This document shows, one piece after another, positions 41,075 to 55,683 of a stretch of 64,000 bases of DNA. The stretch's first letter is position 1. The number at the start of each line of letters is the position of its first letter. Source of the stretch: Chrysomallon squamiferum (taxonomy: Eukaryota > Animalia > Mollusca); NCBI GenBank assembly GCA_012295275.1, contig CM022671.1, forward strand, positions 2,294,001 through 2,358,000. Direction: 5' to 3'. A program made the translations under genes and the position numbers. The notes under the pieces were generated by a model. That model ran no database searches and had not been told where the DNA came from. It saw nothing but the letters and a program-made list of their open reading frames with translations.

Positions 41075-42227
41075 AATAATAATAATAATAAAGCGATACA
41101 TTAAATTACATGCAAAGAAATAATTTCAGCTGTCGAAAAGTTTTCAAATAAAATAGCTGCTTTTAACAAAGTATATACAGTTATTATCAACAAGTTTGGT
41201 TTCACTTTCTTTTCAATCATATCAAATTTCCGATGGTGTGACTCCATATTTTAATGAAATAACATAGTTTGTTTCTAATTTCGAAGTTATACTAACTATT
41301 TAATATTCAGTATGTTCCAAATGTTTTGTTTAATTGCAGTTATTATTTATTTCAATGTTTACAAAACTGTTAAAGTTATTAATAAATAATTTAATTTTTC
41401 TGACGTCAGTTGCTATTTCATTATTTGTTAGTTTGTTTGCTTGCTGTTCATTTATTCGTTCATTCATTCATTCATTTCTTTTTATTTATTTATATAATTT
41501 CAAACTTATTTATTTTTATTTAATTATTAATTTAATTCAAATTCAAACATATGTTGGTGACAGTTATATCAATTCTGATTCCTAGATATTAAAGTGGTAA
41601 CATTTCAGAATTTCGGTGTGACGCAGTGTATACATCTCACAGAAAATTTTCTATATAATTTAATTTTCTCCAAGGAGTGAACATTTCTACTGAATTCAAC
41701 TTGATACACAATCTTATTTTTTATTTTTTTTTTTTGGTTTACAGTTCCGGAGTGTAATTTTGTTCACTGAAATGTTGATAGAGAAAGGTGTTTTTTGTTG
41801 TTGTTTTTTTTTTTTTTTTTTCGTTTTGCTTATTTATTTATTTATTTTTTTTTTTTTTTTTCCCCACAGGGATATTCTTTTGAGCAACACTGCTCAAAGT
41901 AATACAGATATTACTGAGTGATATTTTTCAAAGTGCGGGATAATTATATATTCAAATTTATGGTACATTTCTGCACTGCTAAATGGCATTAGTATATCTA
42001 CGGAATATAGGTCCTATGGCAATCATTGAAAATGCGCTCCTGTCTAAAAATTAGACACCTTCTTTCAGGTAACTTTACCATGAAGTCAGATGAAAAATAC
42101 CAGTTAAAATTAATACAAATTGCTCTGTGACACACCCATTCAAGTGTCATCCAGGACACGTCCATACTTTCCATACCTTAAATACGCGTCTGCTGAAAGG
42201 TTGACACAAACTACTTTTTATTTACAG

Positions 42228-42346
42228 GAAAAAAGTTTACGAACAAGTATCAATATATTACAAGGGAATCAGCGTCTTTGTCTGAACAGATATTAGATAT
42301 TAGTGCTAATGCTACTTATGATGATACTACTTACTGATGTAATTAG
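42228..42346 (+). pseudogene. Frameshifted paralog of the 31863-31986 tail exon
   Basis: Acceptor tttacag, then ...RESASLSEQILDISANATYDDTTY* homologous to RQPASSSEYTLDVIANSNDDDT. The downstream flank 42350-43470 matches 31990-33050. Confidence 0.65.
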
Positions 42347-42700
42347 ATAAATCCATGAAAACTATAACAACAGCTACAACTATTACTTCTACGTAAACAA
42401 GATCACTTACGTTTGAAAAATCATAAACATGGTGCTGATAACGGAAAATATTATCAGATTTGGAAACGTAACTTTACATGATTTATATGTCAAACGTGAG
42501 CAAGCTACTTTAATCTGCATAGAAATATCAGTTGTCGAAAGTTCAATTATACTTTATAAAGTTGCTAATAACTCTCATAATCTTTCTCATTGTCATTTTG
42601 TTGTTTTTTTTTTTAAATATGTAGTTTTCAGAACGTGTTTTTCATCAATGGAATTAACATATATGATTGCAAAACGGATTACTGATAACACATACATACA

Positions 42701-42734
<34 letters not shown>

Positions 42735-43079
42735 CATACATACATATATTTATATATAGTTGTTTTCATTACTTATTACAAAATGTTTATTCCTAATGTC
42801 GAAAACGAACATTGTATATAACTTAAAATATAAATTATTTAGTTAGTAATAAATAAGTAATTAAATAACTGAAAGAAGTTTCCACACGGCAATTTAAGAC
42901 ATTTTTCTCTATTTATGATGACGAAGAACTGAATTTATGTAATGTTAAACTTAATTGAAACTTCAGTCTTCCTTGTTAATCATGTTTCTAAAGATAATGG
43001 TTCAACAAAGATTTTAAAAAAATCATTTATATACAATATTAATGAAATGAATTGTTTTAAAAGATTTATGAAAACTCTA

Positions 43080-43217
43080 TCTGGTCGTCTGCTGCTAAAT
43101 GTATTAAACTTCTATTTAATGCATCGTGATGGATGGCTTTTTCAATAAAATATCACAATAACATAGTACAGCAACAACAACCCCAACAACAGCAATAGCA
43201 ACAACTATTACTACTAC

Positions 43218-43256
<39 letters not shown>

Positions 43257-44683
43257 AATTTAATAATATAGATTTGAATTTGAAAAAAAAAAAAAAATGT
43301 AGACGACAGTTTTAACACGACTAAGGGAACTAGTTTGATAATCTTGTTTGAAATCGTAAAACACAGAATAATTTCCTTTTGTAATGATTTAATTAGTCGT
43401 GAAAACTCGCGTGATCTGACAGTTACTACGTCACCTTACCATACATAATCACGTTCGCATTCTCCTGAAATGTTTTATCTGTATTCGGTATCTTAAGAAA
43501 AATGTATTTCTTCAGTTAGAAATCTTTGTTCTCGGGGAATTACGACCACTGCAGTGTACAGAAATGTTTCTTCAATAAACAAATCTGACTATTAGCCTGA
43601 TAACATTCATAACATACAAAAAAAAAATAAAGTCTGAATATGCAGAGGGCACTTGTATCGTGTCTAACAGCAGCTTTAGTTATACCTTTTGTTACTGTCA
43701 AAAGAAAAATGACAAAACATTCGAACACAGGCTCTTACAAAAAATTGCAGAAGAACATGGCTAACCATTCTGATCAAAGCTCCGTAAATAACTTTTGAAA
43801 ATTCAGAAAGAAAATTAACGTGAAGATGCTTTATCTTAAATTGATTTTAAAAAATTGAAAATTTTTTTAATATCTGGTTTATCCTACAAATTTACATGAA
43901 TAATTTTAGTATGGATAATAAAATAATAATAATGATGATAATAATAACGATAATAATAAATATAATAATTATAATGATGATGATAATAAATAAATAAATA
44001 AATAAATAAATAAATGAGTTGAGCATTCAGAAAGGTTACAAAAATATAATTATGTATAAGTAAATGATAAGGAATAAATGAAAGAAAAGAAAACAGTGTG
44101 TGAAAACTGTCTTGTCGTCTGCTGCTAAAAGTATTAAATTTCTGTTTAATGCATCGTGATGAATGGCTTTTTCAATAAAATATCACAATAACATAGTACA
44201 GCAACAACAACCCCAACAACAGCAATAGCAACAACTATTACTACTACTAAATAAATAAATAAATAAATAAAAATAATTTAATAATAGGATTTGAATTTAA
44301 GAATAAAATAACATTAGACGACAATTTTAACACGACTAATAGAACCGGTTTAATAATCTTCTTTGAATTCGCAAAACACGAAAAAACTTCCTCTTTTATT
44401 TATTTAATTAGTCGTGAAAAATCACGTGATCTAAAAGTTATTACGTCAGCTATCAAATTACCATACATAATCACGTTTCTTTAGTTAGAAATCTTTCTTC
44501 TCGTGGAATTACGACCACTGCAGTGTACAGAAATGACAGTTATTGAAACAATGAACAGTTTCTTTTTTTTTTTTCTTCAATAAACAAATCTGATTATTAG
44601 CCTTGTATCAACATTCATAATATATCAACACAAAAAAAAAAAAGAAGAAGAATTGATGATAATAACAATAATAATAATAATAA

Positions 44684-44746
<63 letters not shown>

Positions 44747-45085
44747 AACAAGGATTTATATGTTTGCACAAAGATGATAGTTTATAAATCATGTCCTGAA
44801 TATGTAGAGAGAACTTGTAAAACTGGAAATCGCTAACAGCAGCTTTAGTTATATAATTTGTTACTGTCAAAAGAAAAATAACAAAACATTCAAATAATAC
44901 TGATGATGATAATCATAAACGATACTAATAAAAATAATTATGATGATGATGATAATAATAATGTTAATAATCATTATAATAATGAGATAATAAATAAGTT
45001 ACTTTAGCATTTGGAAAGGATAGAAAAATGTATTTATAAATAAGTAAATGATAAGGAATGAATGAAAGAAAGGAAAACAGAAACT
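43080..45085. repeat. Diverged ~1-kb tandem duplication
   Basis: gtcgtctgctgctaaa.gtattaaa... starts at ~43083 and ~44114, and homology continues with indels to ~44095 and ~45080. Confidence 0.85.
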
Positions 45086-45612
45086 GATGGGAATTAAAGA
45101 TAAAAATAAATAAATAAGAAAGAGACTTTAATAGCAACACATTATTAGGTTTGTAACAGTCAAAATTATCTTGTTCATTTAGTGTATGTATGCTTGTATA
45201 TCTTCTACACATATACAACTTACTGTAGAAAAAAGTACAATCTTTCTTTAGTGAATTAACAGACTTATAAGCTAAAGCACACAAGACGTTAAGATTGTGT
45301 GTAGATTGTCTTTATATTGAGGCCAGAGAATCTATTAATTATTTCGTTTGGAGTAAAATATTTATTGTCGCTGGAAAACCACATAAGTATATATGTACGT
45401 ATGTATGTATGTATGTATATTAACATTATTTAACAAAGTGCGATAAATTATATATAAGAAAAATTATATTAATTAAAAATGTTAAACTTTCAATTATATT
45501 TTTTGAGAACGCATTAACATAATTAATGATTAAATAAATAAATAAATAAATAAATAAAATAAATTAATGAAAGAAAAGAATTTTTAAATGAAAAACTATA
45601 GAAAAAATACAG

Positions 45613-45646
<34 letters not shown>

Positions 45647-45649
45647 AAG

Positions 45650-46505
45650 ATGAAGAAGGAAAAAGGTATCTGTACTTCTATGTTTCAGTTATGTTTTTAT
45701 CTCTAAATATCAAAAACTACAAACGAAACGAAAAAAAAAATACAGAAAGATAGGAGAAGGAGAATGGAAGGAAGGATAGAAAACCCAAGGTAAACAGAAA
45801 AAAGGAAGATATCTTGTTTTGTATTGATATCACAGTTTATCTTCAAATACTCTCAGATACAACCAGTTATAAACAAAGCATATTACATTATAGAACACTT
45901 TGTTAATTTTCAGTTCCTTTTTTAATCACCTTTCAAAGTTTTGTCATGGACAAGTTTTGATACTATGTGTTTTAATTTATTTGGTTTATTTTTTCTCAGT
46001 GTATAATGTTATAGTCTTCTGGCCTCAGAAGTAATAATAATAATAATAATAATAATAATTTTAATAATAATAATAATAATAATAATAATATTTTTTTTCT
46101 CTGCAAACTGATTGTTTCTGTTATTTGCTTATTTATATATGTCTTTTTCATTATTTTAATATGACGAACAACCAGTGTAATACATAAAATGAATGAGTGT
46201 TATATTGTTGTTGTTTGTTTGTTTGTTTGTGTTTTTTTTTTTTTTTTTATAATAATGTAGTTTTAATATATTTTACACAAAATGAAGTAGCCAGTATTTT
46301 CATTTCAAATGAAACAACAATGTAATAAACTACATGTTCGTAAAATCAAGCTAGCAGAAGTGATATGTAAAAGTGTTAATTTTAATGCATAAAATATTGA
46401 AAGAGTTCACTGAGGATGTGTTAGTTATCTTTGATATGAATCTAGCCATAGACAGGGAGGTGTGTAGTCCACACTTTGATCAGTCAGTCTTGAAGAACTC
46501 GCAGG
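45650..46505. repeat. Direct duplication, partner at ~49440-50445
   Basis: Shared text from tatctgtacttctatg.ttcagttatg through gtcttgaagaact.gcagg. The second copy has ~120 bp extra near 50240-50360. Confidence 0.85.
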
Positions 46506-47060
46506 GTAGAGAGGGGAAGATGCATCATAGGAGCCTTGCTGTCTAATCACAGTCACAGTAATTACCTAGCAAAAAACAATAAACCATCAATAAACCTGTT
46601 AATTAATAAGTAAAGACAATATTGGAAAGTTCGAAAAGACATTATAATCATCAAAGAATTCAGCATAGTTTAAGGAAATATGATAGAAGAAATATAATAG
46701 TCAAGGAATTGAACTATTTTTATATTAAGAATTAATTTTAAAATGGCGTTATAAAGATTGCAAATACAGAAGTTATGATAACGACGAAAACCTGAATTAG
46801 TAATTGTTACTTTCAATTCTGTTGTATTTTTTAATATTTTAGGAATTTCGAGTTAGTCTCCTCTAAACTCACTAAACATTGCTTGCATTTGCATTTTTCT
46901 GTGACCGAACGAGTCGAGAACTATTAATCAGGTCAGCCTTGTAAATTAATAAAAACTCTTGTAAATTAATAAAAACTCTTGTAAAGTAATAAAAATTCTT
47001 TATTCATTTTTTTATCTTTCTTTTTTTATCGCCTTTATATCTTTTTTTTATTATTATTTT

Positions 47061-47092
<32 letters not shown>

Positions 47093-47975
47093 CTTTCCTT
47101 ATTTTATTTCTTCTAACTGATCTTTCTTGCTGTATTTTTTTTTATCATATTTGATACACACAAGTCAAATACATAGTAACCACTTTTTCATTCAAGCTAT
47201 TTACATATATAAATGATTTTTTTATTCGACATTTTCTCCTTCCTTTTTCTTTACTTTTTTTTTTGTCTTGAAAATAGGTAAATGGTCAAATGAAAGTTTT
47301 TATGAATGTAATTTTTATTTTATTCTTATATTTATTTATCTACTGATGTACTTAATCAAATAAAACAAAAAAAACATTCGTTACAACTCTTAGAAATTTT
47401 ATATTTATTATAACATTAATAATATATCTATATATATACACACACACACACATACATACATACAAGTACTGGAATTCATACTTGTAGCCTGTCACCTGCA
47501 GACGTTATTTATACATGGTAACGGTAACCAGCACTTACACAAAGGACCTTTTGTTAGGTGTTTCGTTACAGGACAGTTTGTGCATGTATACACTCAAGTA
47601 AAATGTCAGCGTTGGCTTCTTAAATAACTGGACGTTCGAGATATTAAAAACTAAGTAGATAAAAACTGTTAGTTAGTTAATCTGGTCACCCAATCGTCAC
47701 TGCTACTGATCATTACTGAGACCATAGCGATGAATAGTTTTCTTATTCTGTTTCGTCAAGAGATACGCATTTAAACATTAAACAGACAACAGGATTTTCT
47801 TAGAAAACTAAGTAATGAAAACAGTAACATGTTTAGGTGTTATATATATATATATATATAGATATATACGTACGGGGATAAGATATTTGGATTAACATTA
47901 TTATACTACTTACAAATATCTATTATTTCATCTATTTTATCCTCTTTGAATTTACTGTATTTCATGCCGTTTGTA

Positions 47976-48023
<48 letters not shown>

Positions 48024-49084
48024 AAAAGCTTAAACAAGCAAATTGTTTTTTTTTTTAAATACTGAGATATTTACCAGAATGAAGTCATTTTGGTCACTGT
48101 CTATAGAGCACTCAGTACATTCCTACACCTACTATTCATAGTTATTTATATATCTATTGTTAGTAATGTGAACCATGTAGACTGACAGAGCGATAAAAAG
48201 CTATCTAAACGTTTACTTCGAGGAACGGCGAAATTTCGTCTCAGTTTTGTTTGAAAGATATAAAATACTGAATTTATTGAAGACTGGAATTTATAACATT
48301 ATTTAACAAAGTGCCATAAATTATATAAAAGAAAAACTATATATTTTAATTACAAATATTAAACTTTCTTTTGTTGTAATCTGTAAATATTAATTTTTGT
48401 TTATATATATGGACAACATATTACAATAATTGATTAATTAAATAAATAGTAATAATAATGTGTATTTTCTCTTCTTTTCTTTTTTATTATTATTTACTTG
48501 TTCAGTTTTTCTTTTGTTCTTTCATTTAGAACATAAATACACTTCTTATTCACTTACTTGTGAAGTGCTTAGATGTAGCAGAAAGTAGAAAAAAAGAAGA
48601 AAAGCATTTTCTTTGTAAAGAAAAAAGAAGAATGAAACCTGCAGTTTCACAATTTAACCAAAAATAAAAAAAAAAACCACAAAAAAACTTAGATTTATGA
48701 ATAATTTTGGAATGTTCTAAAGTAGATTGCTTTAGCATTGTTAAATTGCTGTTATTTAAAGTAAATAGAAAATCACTGGTAATATTATTAACATCTACGT
48801 AACACTCTGTGTACTGTGTAGTTATCTAAAGATATTCACTCGTGTGAAATGTGAGTCATTTTATACAACTTATATATTACCGTGAAAGGTACATGCAAAG
48901 GATTTTGTTTCGCTCTACCCAATATAGACCTTCCTGACTTATAGCTCAGATTAACAATTCTCGGTAAAAAGTATTTTCTGAGGACTCCTTGGAGTTTATC
49001 TAGAAAAGGCTGTATCTATTTCCTTATCAATGATCTTGTTATTTTAGTTTATGACTTAACTGGGTGACTGTGGGGCTAAAAATC

Positions 49085-49129
49085 ATGCTGCGTCTTCTTC
49101 TTATAATACTATTCTGCTTCTTGATAGAA

Positions 49130-49130
<1 letters not shown>
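49085..49130 (+). pseudogene. Isolated signal-peptide exon of a subfamily-1 EGF gene with intact upstream region
   Basis: ATG...MLRLLLIILFCFLIE followed by G|gtaat. 48480-49130 is an inverted homolog of ~28759-29400. No EGF exons follow. Confidence 0.75.
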
Positions 49131-49189
<59 letters not shown>

Positions 49190-49912
49190 AACAAACAACA
49201 CACAGTTACAAACAAATTACATTAAAAAAACAGAAAAAGGAACACAACCACATGCAAACTCTAAAAAATATATTTAGAAATAATGTACATGAAGAAAGTG
49301 AAATAAATAAATAAATAAATAAATAAAAAGCAATGAATGACGGAAAAGAAAACTTAAAAATGAAGATATGAGAAAGAAAAAGATAAAAGAAAAGAAAAAA
49401 GAAAATAAAAATTAGTGAAAGAAAGAAAGATGGGTTAAGAAGGAAGACGTAGTCTATCTGTACTTCTATGGTTCAGTTATGTTTTTATCTCTAAATATCA
49501 AAAACTACAAACGAAACAAAACAAAGAAAAAATGAAAAAAAGAAAAGAAAAAAGAATACAAAAAAGAGAATAAGAAATACAGAAAGAAAGGAGAAGGAGA
49601 ATGGAAGTAAGGATAGAAAACCGAAGGTAAACAGAAAAAAGGAAGATTTTGTATTGATATCACAGTTTATCTTGTTATACAAACGCGGGCTGTTCAGTTA
49701 CAATTCCATTTTATGTTATATTTTCTTTATGACGAATACTCTCACAGACACAGTTACAACAATGAATATTACATTATAGAACAGTTTCTCTTTTATCAAA
49801 GTTCCTGTTTTAATCAACTTTGCAAGATTTGTCATGGACAATTTTCATACTTTCAATGCTTTATCTTGTTTATTTTTCTGCATATAAAGTGTTATAGTCT
49901 CTTGGCCTCAGA

Positions 49913-49958
<46 letters not shown>

Positions 49959-50837
49959 TTTTTCTCTGTAAACTGATTGATTCGTTATTTGCTTATTTAT
50001 ATACGTCTTTTTCATTATTTTAATATGACGAACAACCAGTGTGATACATATGATTTTTTATTTATTTATATAATAATGTAGTTTTAATATATTTTACACA
50101 AAATGAAGTAGCCAGCATTTTCATTTCAAATGAAACAACAATGTAATAAACTACATGTTCGTAAAATCAAGCTAGCAGAAGTGATATCTAAAAGTGTTAT
50201 TTTTAATGCATAAAATATTGAAAGAGTTCACTGAGGATGCGTGTCAAACAGGTAATTATACGGTAATTTTAAATGTACCACCGCACTTATCTCCCTCTAA
50301 AAGAAATTAAGGATGGCAGAAGAAAGACGCACTTTTAAATTTTAAATGTTTTGTTAGCAGCCTGTTATCTCTGATATGAATCTAGACATAGACAGGGAGG
50401 TATGTAGTCCACACTTTGATCAGTCCGTCTTGAAGAACTTGCAGGTATTTGTCAAATGTATTTAATCAAATGTTCGCTGTTTTTGATTCACATAGTAACT
50501 GATAGTTCATAGAAATATTATTATTATACAGGTAAAACTGGCCAACAAATTTATTTAGCACATTTATTAACATTTTGAAACATAAACATGATGACAAATA
50601 ATAATAATAATAATAATAATATAAACCCATTAACCTGTTTTCTGATGAAACTGGTTTATCCAATGTCATGATTTATTAAATAACTAAATGGTTATATACA
50701 TATTTTACAGTTGTCATATTTTCTTATTAATATTTATAAATATGTGTCACATTTTTCAAAGTATCCAGCTTTTCATACATATACACACAACATCAAAATT
50801 AGCAAACTAATGTTATTTATTGTGATGACATTTATTT

Positions 50838-53800
50838 TTAATTTCTTCGTATTTCTGTTTTCTTTGATTTCTTCTTTCCCAGCTTTAGTGGACCCAAAAG
50901 TTTGAAAGCACTCCTGAAGTAAACCAAGACAAATAATAAACTTAGAATTTAAATTAATTAATTTATCTGACTTACATCTATACTTTTCATTATCGTTACA
51001 AATATGAATAAAAATAATAATCAACTGCTTAAGCATTAAACATGAAATAACCAAATGGCAACTGTACACAGCTGAAACAATAACTTTAAAGTTTCTAACC
51101 TATTTTAAGTTATTTAAATCTTTCCAACATCAAAAATCGTGTAAATTAGAAACTTTCAAAGTAAAGATAAATAGACTGGTAAGAAATTCATATTACCATT
51201 CAGTAATGACAAGACAAGTTTCTATAACACAGTCTGAAGTTAGCTATCTCCATTACAAATGCAGATAATAAATTAGTACACTGTGGGTTTCACAACAAAA
51301 ATAATTTAATATTAAAACAATGATACTACTAGTAATAGTACCTATTACTGAATATCATTTAAAATGTGTAATTTCCAAGAACAAATCTTGACTGGAATCC
51401 AGTTAGTTAAGTATACTTTTTGTTCTGAATACATTATGATTAGTAATACAAACAATCAGAATTATATACAATTGGCAATGGTTTATTTCTGTAAATTTAT
51501 ACTGGGATCAAGCAGGAAAATCCACTGAAAATAAACAAGAGTAACAACACCTAAACTTTTAACTATTAATAATTAATGATATTTGATGTCAAACACGAGT
51601 TTTTGCATATTCAAGACATTCAATACTGAAGACAGTAAAATATTATTAATATTTAGTTATTAGGAGCAGTTACACTTCAAATACATGGAACAACAACAAC
51701 ACAAAGACAGTTACAAAGCAGAAAAACTATCATATCCTGCAGAACTTACCAAGAGGTACTGAAAAAGTCCTGCCATTTGTGGAATCTCTAAATATGTACC
51801 TCCTGTTATGTCACAAGCCTTGTAAACTAAATCAGCTAAAAATACAAAACATTAAGTTTTCAGTTCTGTATTCTTAAAATGATTATTTTTTTTTTTTTAC
51901 ATATTTATCATATACACTGTTAAATAGATAACATAGTTTACCAGGTGTAATTCCAAAATTTAAACTGATGACTCTCTTGTTAGTTTTTTCTTTTTATAAA
52001 TAATTATGAAAACAATTTATTTATTACTATTATTTTTTATATCAGGAACTGAGGAAGGAAAGGTTATTAAAAAATATATTTTTTACAAATAAATGGGTAA
52101 TTGTAACAGACCTGTTGAAGTAATCCTGATTCATTATCGAGAACACAAGCATCAACAAAAACATTCTGAAACAGAAAAATAAATAGTAATTAAAAAATCA
52201 TTTAAATTTTTAAAATACATTTACCATTGAATTAGGCTAAAGAAGATTCCTTAGATGAACCATTATCCCTCTGGCCTACAAGTTGTATATTGAGCTATAA
52301 ATCTCCACAAACAGTATCAGGGGAAAATAACAAAAAAAAAACATCTTCAGTTATATTTCCACAGTTACATTCAAATTATTTAATAAAAATATGTTTAGTA
52401 CAAGTGATATTAGTTTAGAATGGGAAAAAGTGTATTATATTTCAGACCTGCGTTCAAATTGCTGAACTACTGATTAACAAGCTAAAACTTGCCTGTTTCT
52501 GTGCAGTCAAACCATCGTTCAAAGAGTTCATATACAGAGTACTATTGTCTTCAGAACCTTTGATTACCTAAAAACAGAGAAACGTATATTTAAACTTACA
52601 ATATGCAGCATAGACAATTTGAACAGAAAAACAATATGTAACATTTTTACTTACTAAAAATAAAGTTAACTTTTTCATTATCAATAACACAAAATTTTAT
52701 TATACTTGATTAAACAATTAAATTACATACATATTTCTAAATATTCTTCCAGTCTGGCAATGAGATATAAATAAAAACACCAACATGCAGACAGAGATTA
52801 AAATCAGGAAACAGTAAGTGTAATAAATATTTTATGTAGGCAAGTATATATAAACAAATATAAATATGCTTGTGAAAATGTTTATTTCATTTACCAAAAT
52901 CCTTGCAGACAGTGTCTGATCAAATGAACCTTCTTTCTCCATTCTGTGAATATCTTAAATTACAGTTAGGGAAACACAGAAATAGTACAACCTCTTCAAA
53001 TAACAGATCAGTGAAACCTAATCTGTAAACACATTTTGTGAATTTCCAAGTTTCTTTTTTATTATACATCATGATCTTTGGTAATCCAGTTTTTGCTATA
53101 TTGTGTCAGTTATCGTCTATTTTTTTTCTTCTGTTCTTTATGTCTGATAACCAGCTGTACTAAAAAATTGTCCATGGTTGTGTGACAAGAAAGAAATAAT
53201 ATTTTCTTAATTCACAATATTTAAAATTAGAATTCAGAAGAATTTCAATGAAGAGGATAGAGCACAATGCCATTGACATAGCTCCAGCAGTCAATGAATC
53301 AGGAAAGAGTTCACTTTCCAAACCTAAATTATTTATAAATACAAATAAGTAAATAAAATATTTCCAGATTTGCTCATTGATTGATTACAGATAAAACAGT
53401 ACATTATCTATCCCTTGCTTGTAACCATAAATTATACATGCTTAATACATACTTAAATTTAAAAGTTCTAACACCCAAAACCCATTTTAACTGCATACAG
53501 ACACACAATCACAACTGTACAATATAGTGTCCATGAGTTTATTTTATAGAAAACAATTTCCACCAAATTAGTCAGTCAGAATACAGTGTTCTCTGATTAA
53601 AAAGACATCATTAATTTTAAGTTTTAATTTGATCTGTTCCTAAATTTGTTGATGAATTTAACAAGACAAAGTGGTTTCATGTATTAATTTATCTGATTTT
53701 CTTTTTCAAATTAAAAAGTTGCACTATCCTAAGTTTTATCTAACAGCTCAATTTTTACAGTGAAAGTGGTTCTATTAAGAATAGAAATATTATAATTATT

Positions 53801-55638
53801 AATATGCCATGGTTCTGGGCTTAACGGTTAACTCCACACATCCAACTATAATAAAGACTTACTGCTAATAACAAGTTTTTTCATCTCTGACTGAAGGTAG
53901 CCATCCACCAGACCAAATAACTCATACTTTCCATCATTAGCCATATCTGCAGGACTGTTGCCTTGTCCACTGTGTGTTGTATCATGTTTTGGATACAAGA
54001 ACTGATTGAAATATTATATTTTTTTAGCAGTATGAAAGTATACTTCATGCTTCATGTTTTCAAAAATAGGTAAAAATATCCAAATGAAATGATCAGTTGT
54101 AAATATCAGATGTTACTAATGAGTATTAGATATATCACAATGACATTGACTGCATTCCAAAGGTAGAACACAACATATCTCAATATATATAACATTTAGT
54201 TGCCTAATTGTAAAATAATAAATAAAAAGTAAACAAAACACGGTCATGAAAAAATAGCAAAACAAATACTAAAAATATAATTTAATTTAAAGCCATACCA
54301 CATGTATTTCTCATGTATATCCAAGAATAAATATAATGGAATGGTTTCCTTTGTTGAATTATAAAGCAAATAATAAAATCTGGATACAGAAATGGTCTGA
54401 ATTTATAATAAATTCACATATATGATATAAAAAAGTTTAAAAAGAATATATATATAAACTAACATATTTGTATACTTATTTTCTAAGTGTATTTAGAAAT
54501 AACCAACCTTTAATGGTTAATACTACTGAAAATACTAAATAGCAGAGCATTGTTCCTAAGTCATATTTATACAATAATAAATTATCTGTTCCTTTAATCA
54601 TATATTAAATTATTTAGTTGTTTGTTAGTATAAACTCACCTCTGATTGCTGTGTGCTGCTTTCACAGCAAGTTTATTTTCACGACTGAGCATAAGGTGAG
54701 AATTTGCAAATACCATGACAGCATCCATGCACTTTGAAAGACTAATCTCCAAAAACAATACAAAAACTACCATATTACATGTATTAGTAGGTCCACATAT
54801 TAATTTTATACTATTAATTATAATACAATGTGTATGATTACAGTGTTGTTGTTTTGTGTTTTTGGGGGATATACATGCCTACTTTTACTGAAACAAAAAT
54901 TAAAATATCAGTGACAGTTACCTTTCACCTTCTTTGTTACGTTATAAATATATTTCTTACTTTATATATGGAAATATATAATTTTATTTTATACCTTTCC
55001 AGTTTCCATATAGAAGACTGCTGATATTTTTATCTATAATATAATATTTAGCACATACAAGTATTTAATAGAAAAAAACAACAACAATTTGATATTTAAT
55101 AATACCACTATTAAACAAAACCACATTTGATTTTTTATTAATCAGCTGTGCTGCTGAATTATTATTATACATGTCATTTTTAAAAACAAAAGATAAATAA
55201 ATAAATATAACAATAAATTGAATAATTACTTTTAAGAAAGTGGACCTGAATAGAATGTCCAATAAATAATTTACAGATAAAAGTATATTTTAAAAACAAT
55301 ACAGTGAATACTTATTTATTTTTATATTTTATTATTCTATTATAAAAAAAAAATGTAGAATGTAATTTTAAAAAGCTGTTTCTGTTAAACTTAAATAAAG
55401 AAACAAAAAATATATATTGAAGCATACCGCCCATAATTAACAGTTATATCTGCTTAATGAAATGTAACCAAAACTTCTTTTTTGTGCCTAGTTTATTTAC
55501 TGCAAAATCACTTCTGCCAGAGAAACGGAACAAAACGCTATCAACTGGCATCTTGTCATTTGTTAATCTACATGGACAGCGTAACAGTGACTAAATAGGG
55601 GACATAACTCTCTCCCTGCTTCCTGACGAAACCACCAT
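50838..55638 (-). pseudogene. GTF2H3: TFIIH p34 subunit pseudogene, copy C
   Basis: Collinear with copy B. Exon 2 has the ~47-nt deletion, the exon 4 acceptor is AG>AA (~54006), exon 5 is complete (53261-53323, DSLTAGAMSMALC), the zinc-finger exon is mostly deleted (junction ~51499), and the last exon is 50838-50913. Confidence 0.92.
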
Positions 55639-55683
55639 CTGTAAGATTGTTTAGTTCGGATAAAAAACTAAACACCGTTGAAC

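Noticed and set aside
46445-46480. VDYTPP as the missing EIF2B1 exon 9 segment (VDYTAP)
   Set aside because: Flanking residues do not match eIF2B alpha and it is on the opposite strand; likely coincidence.
46938-47000. Three 20-bp direct repeats as a CRISPR-like array
   Set aside because: Contiguous with no spacers, in a eukaryotic context; an ordinary minisatellite.
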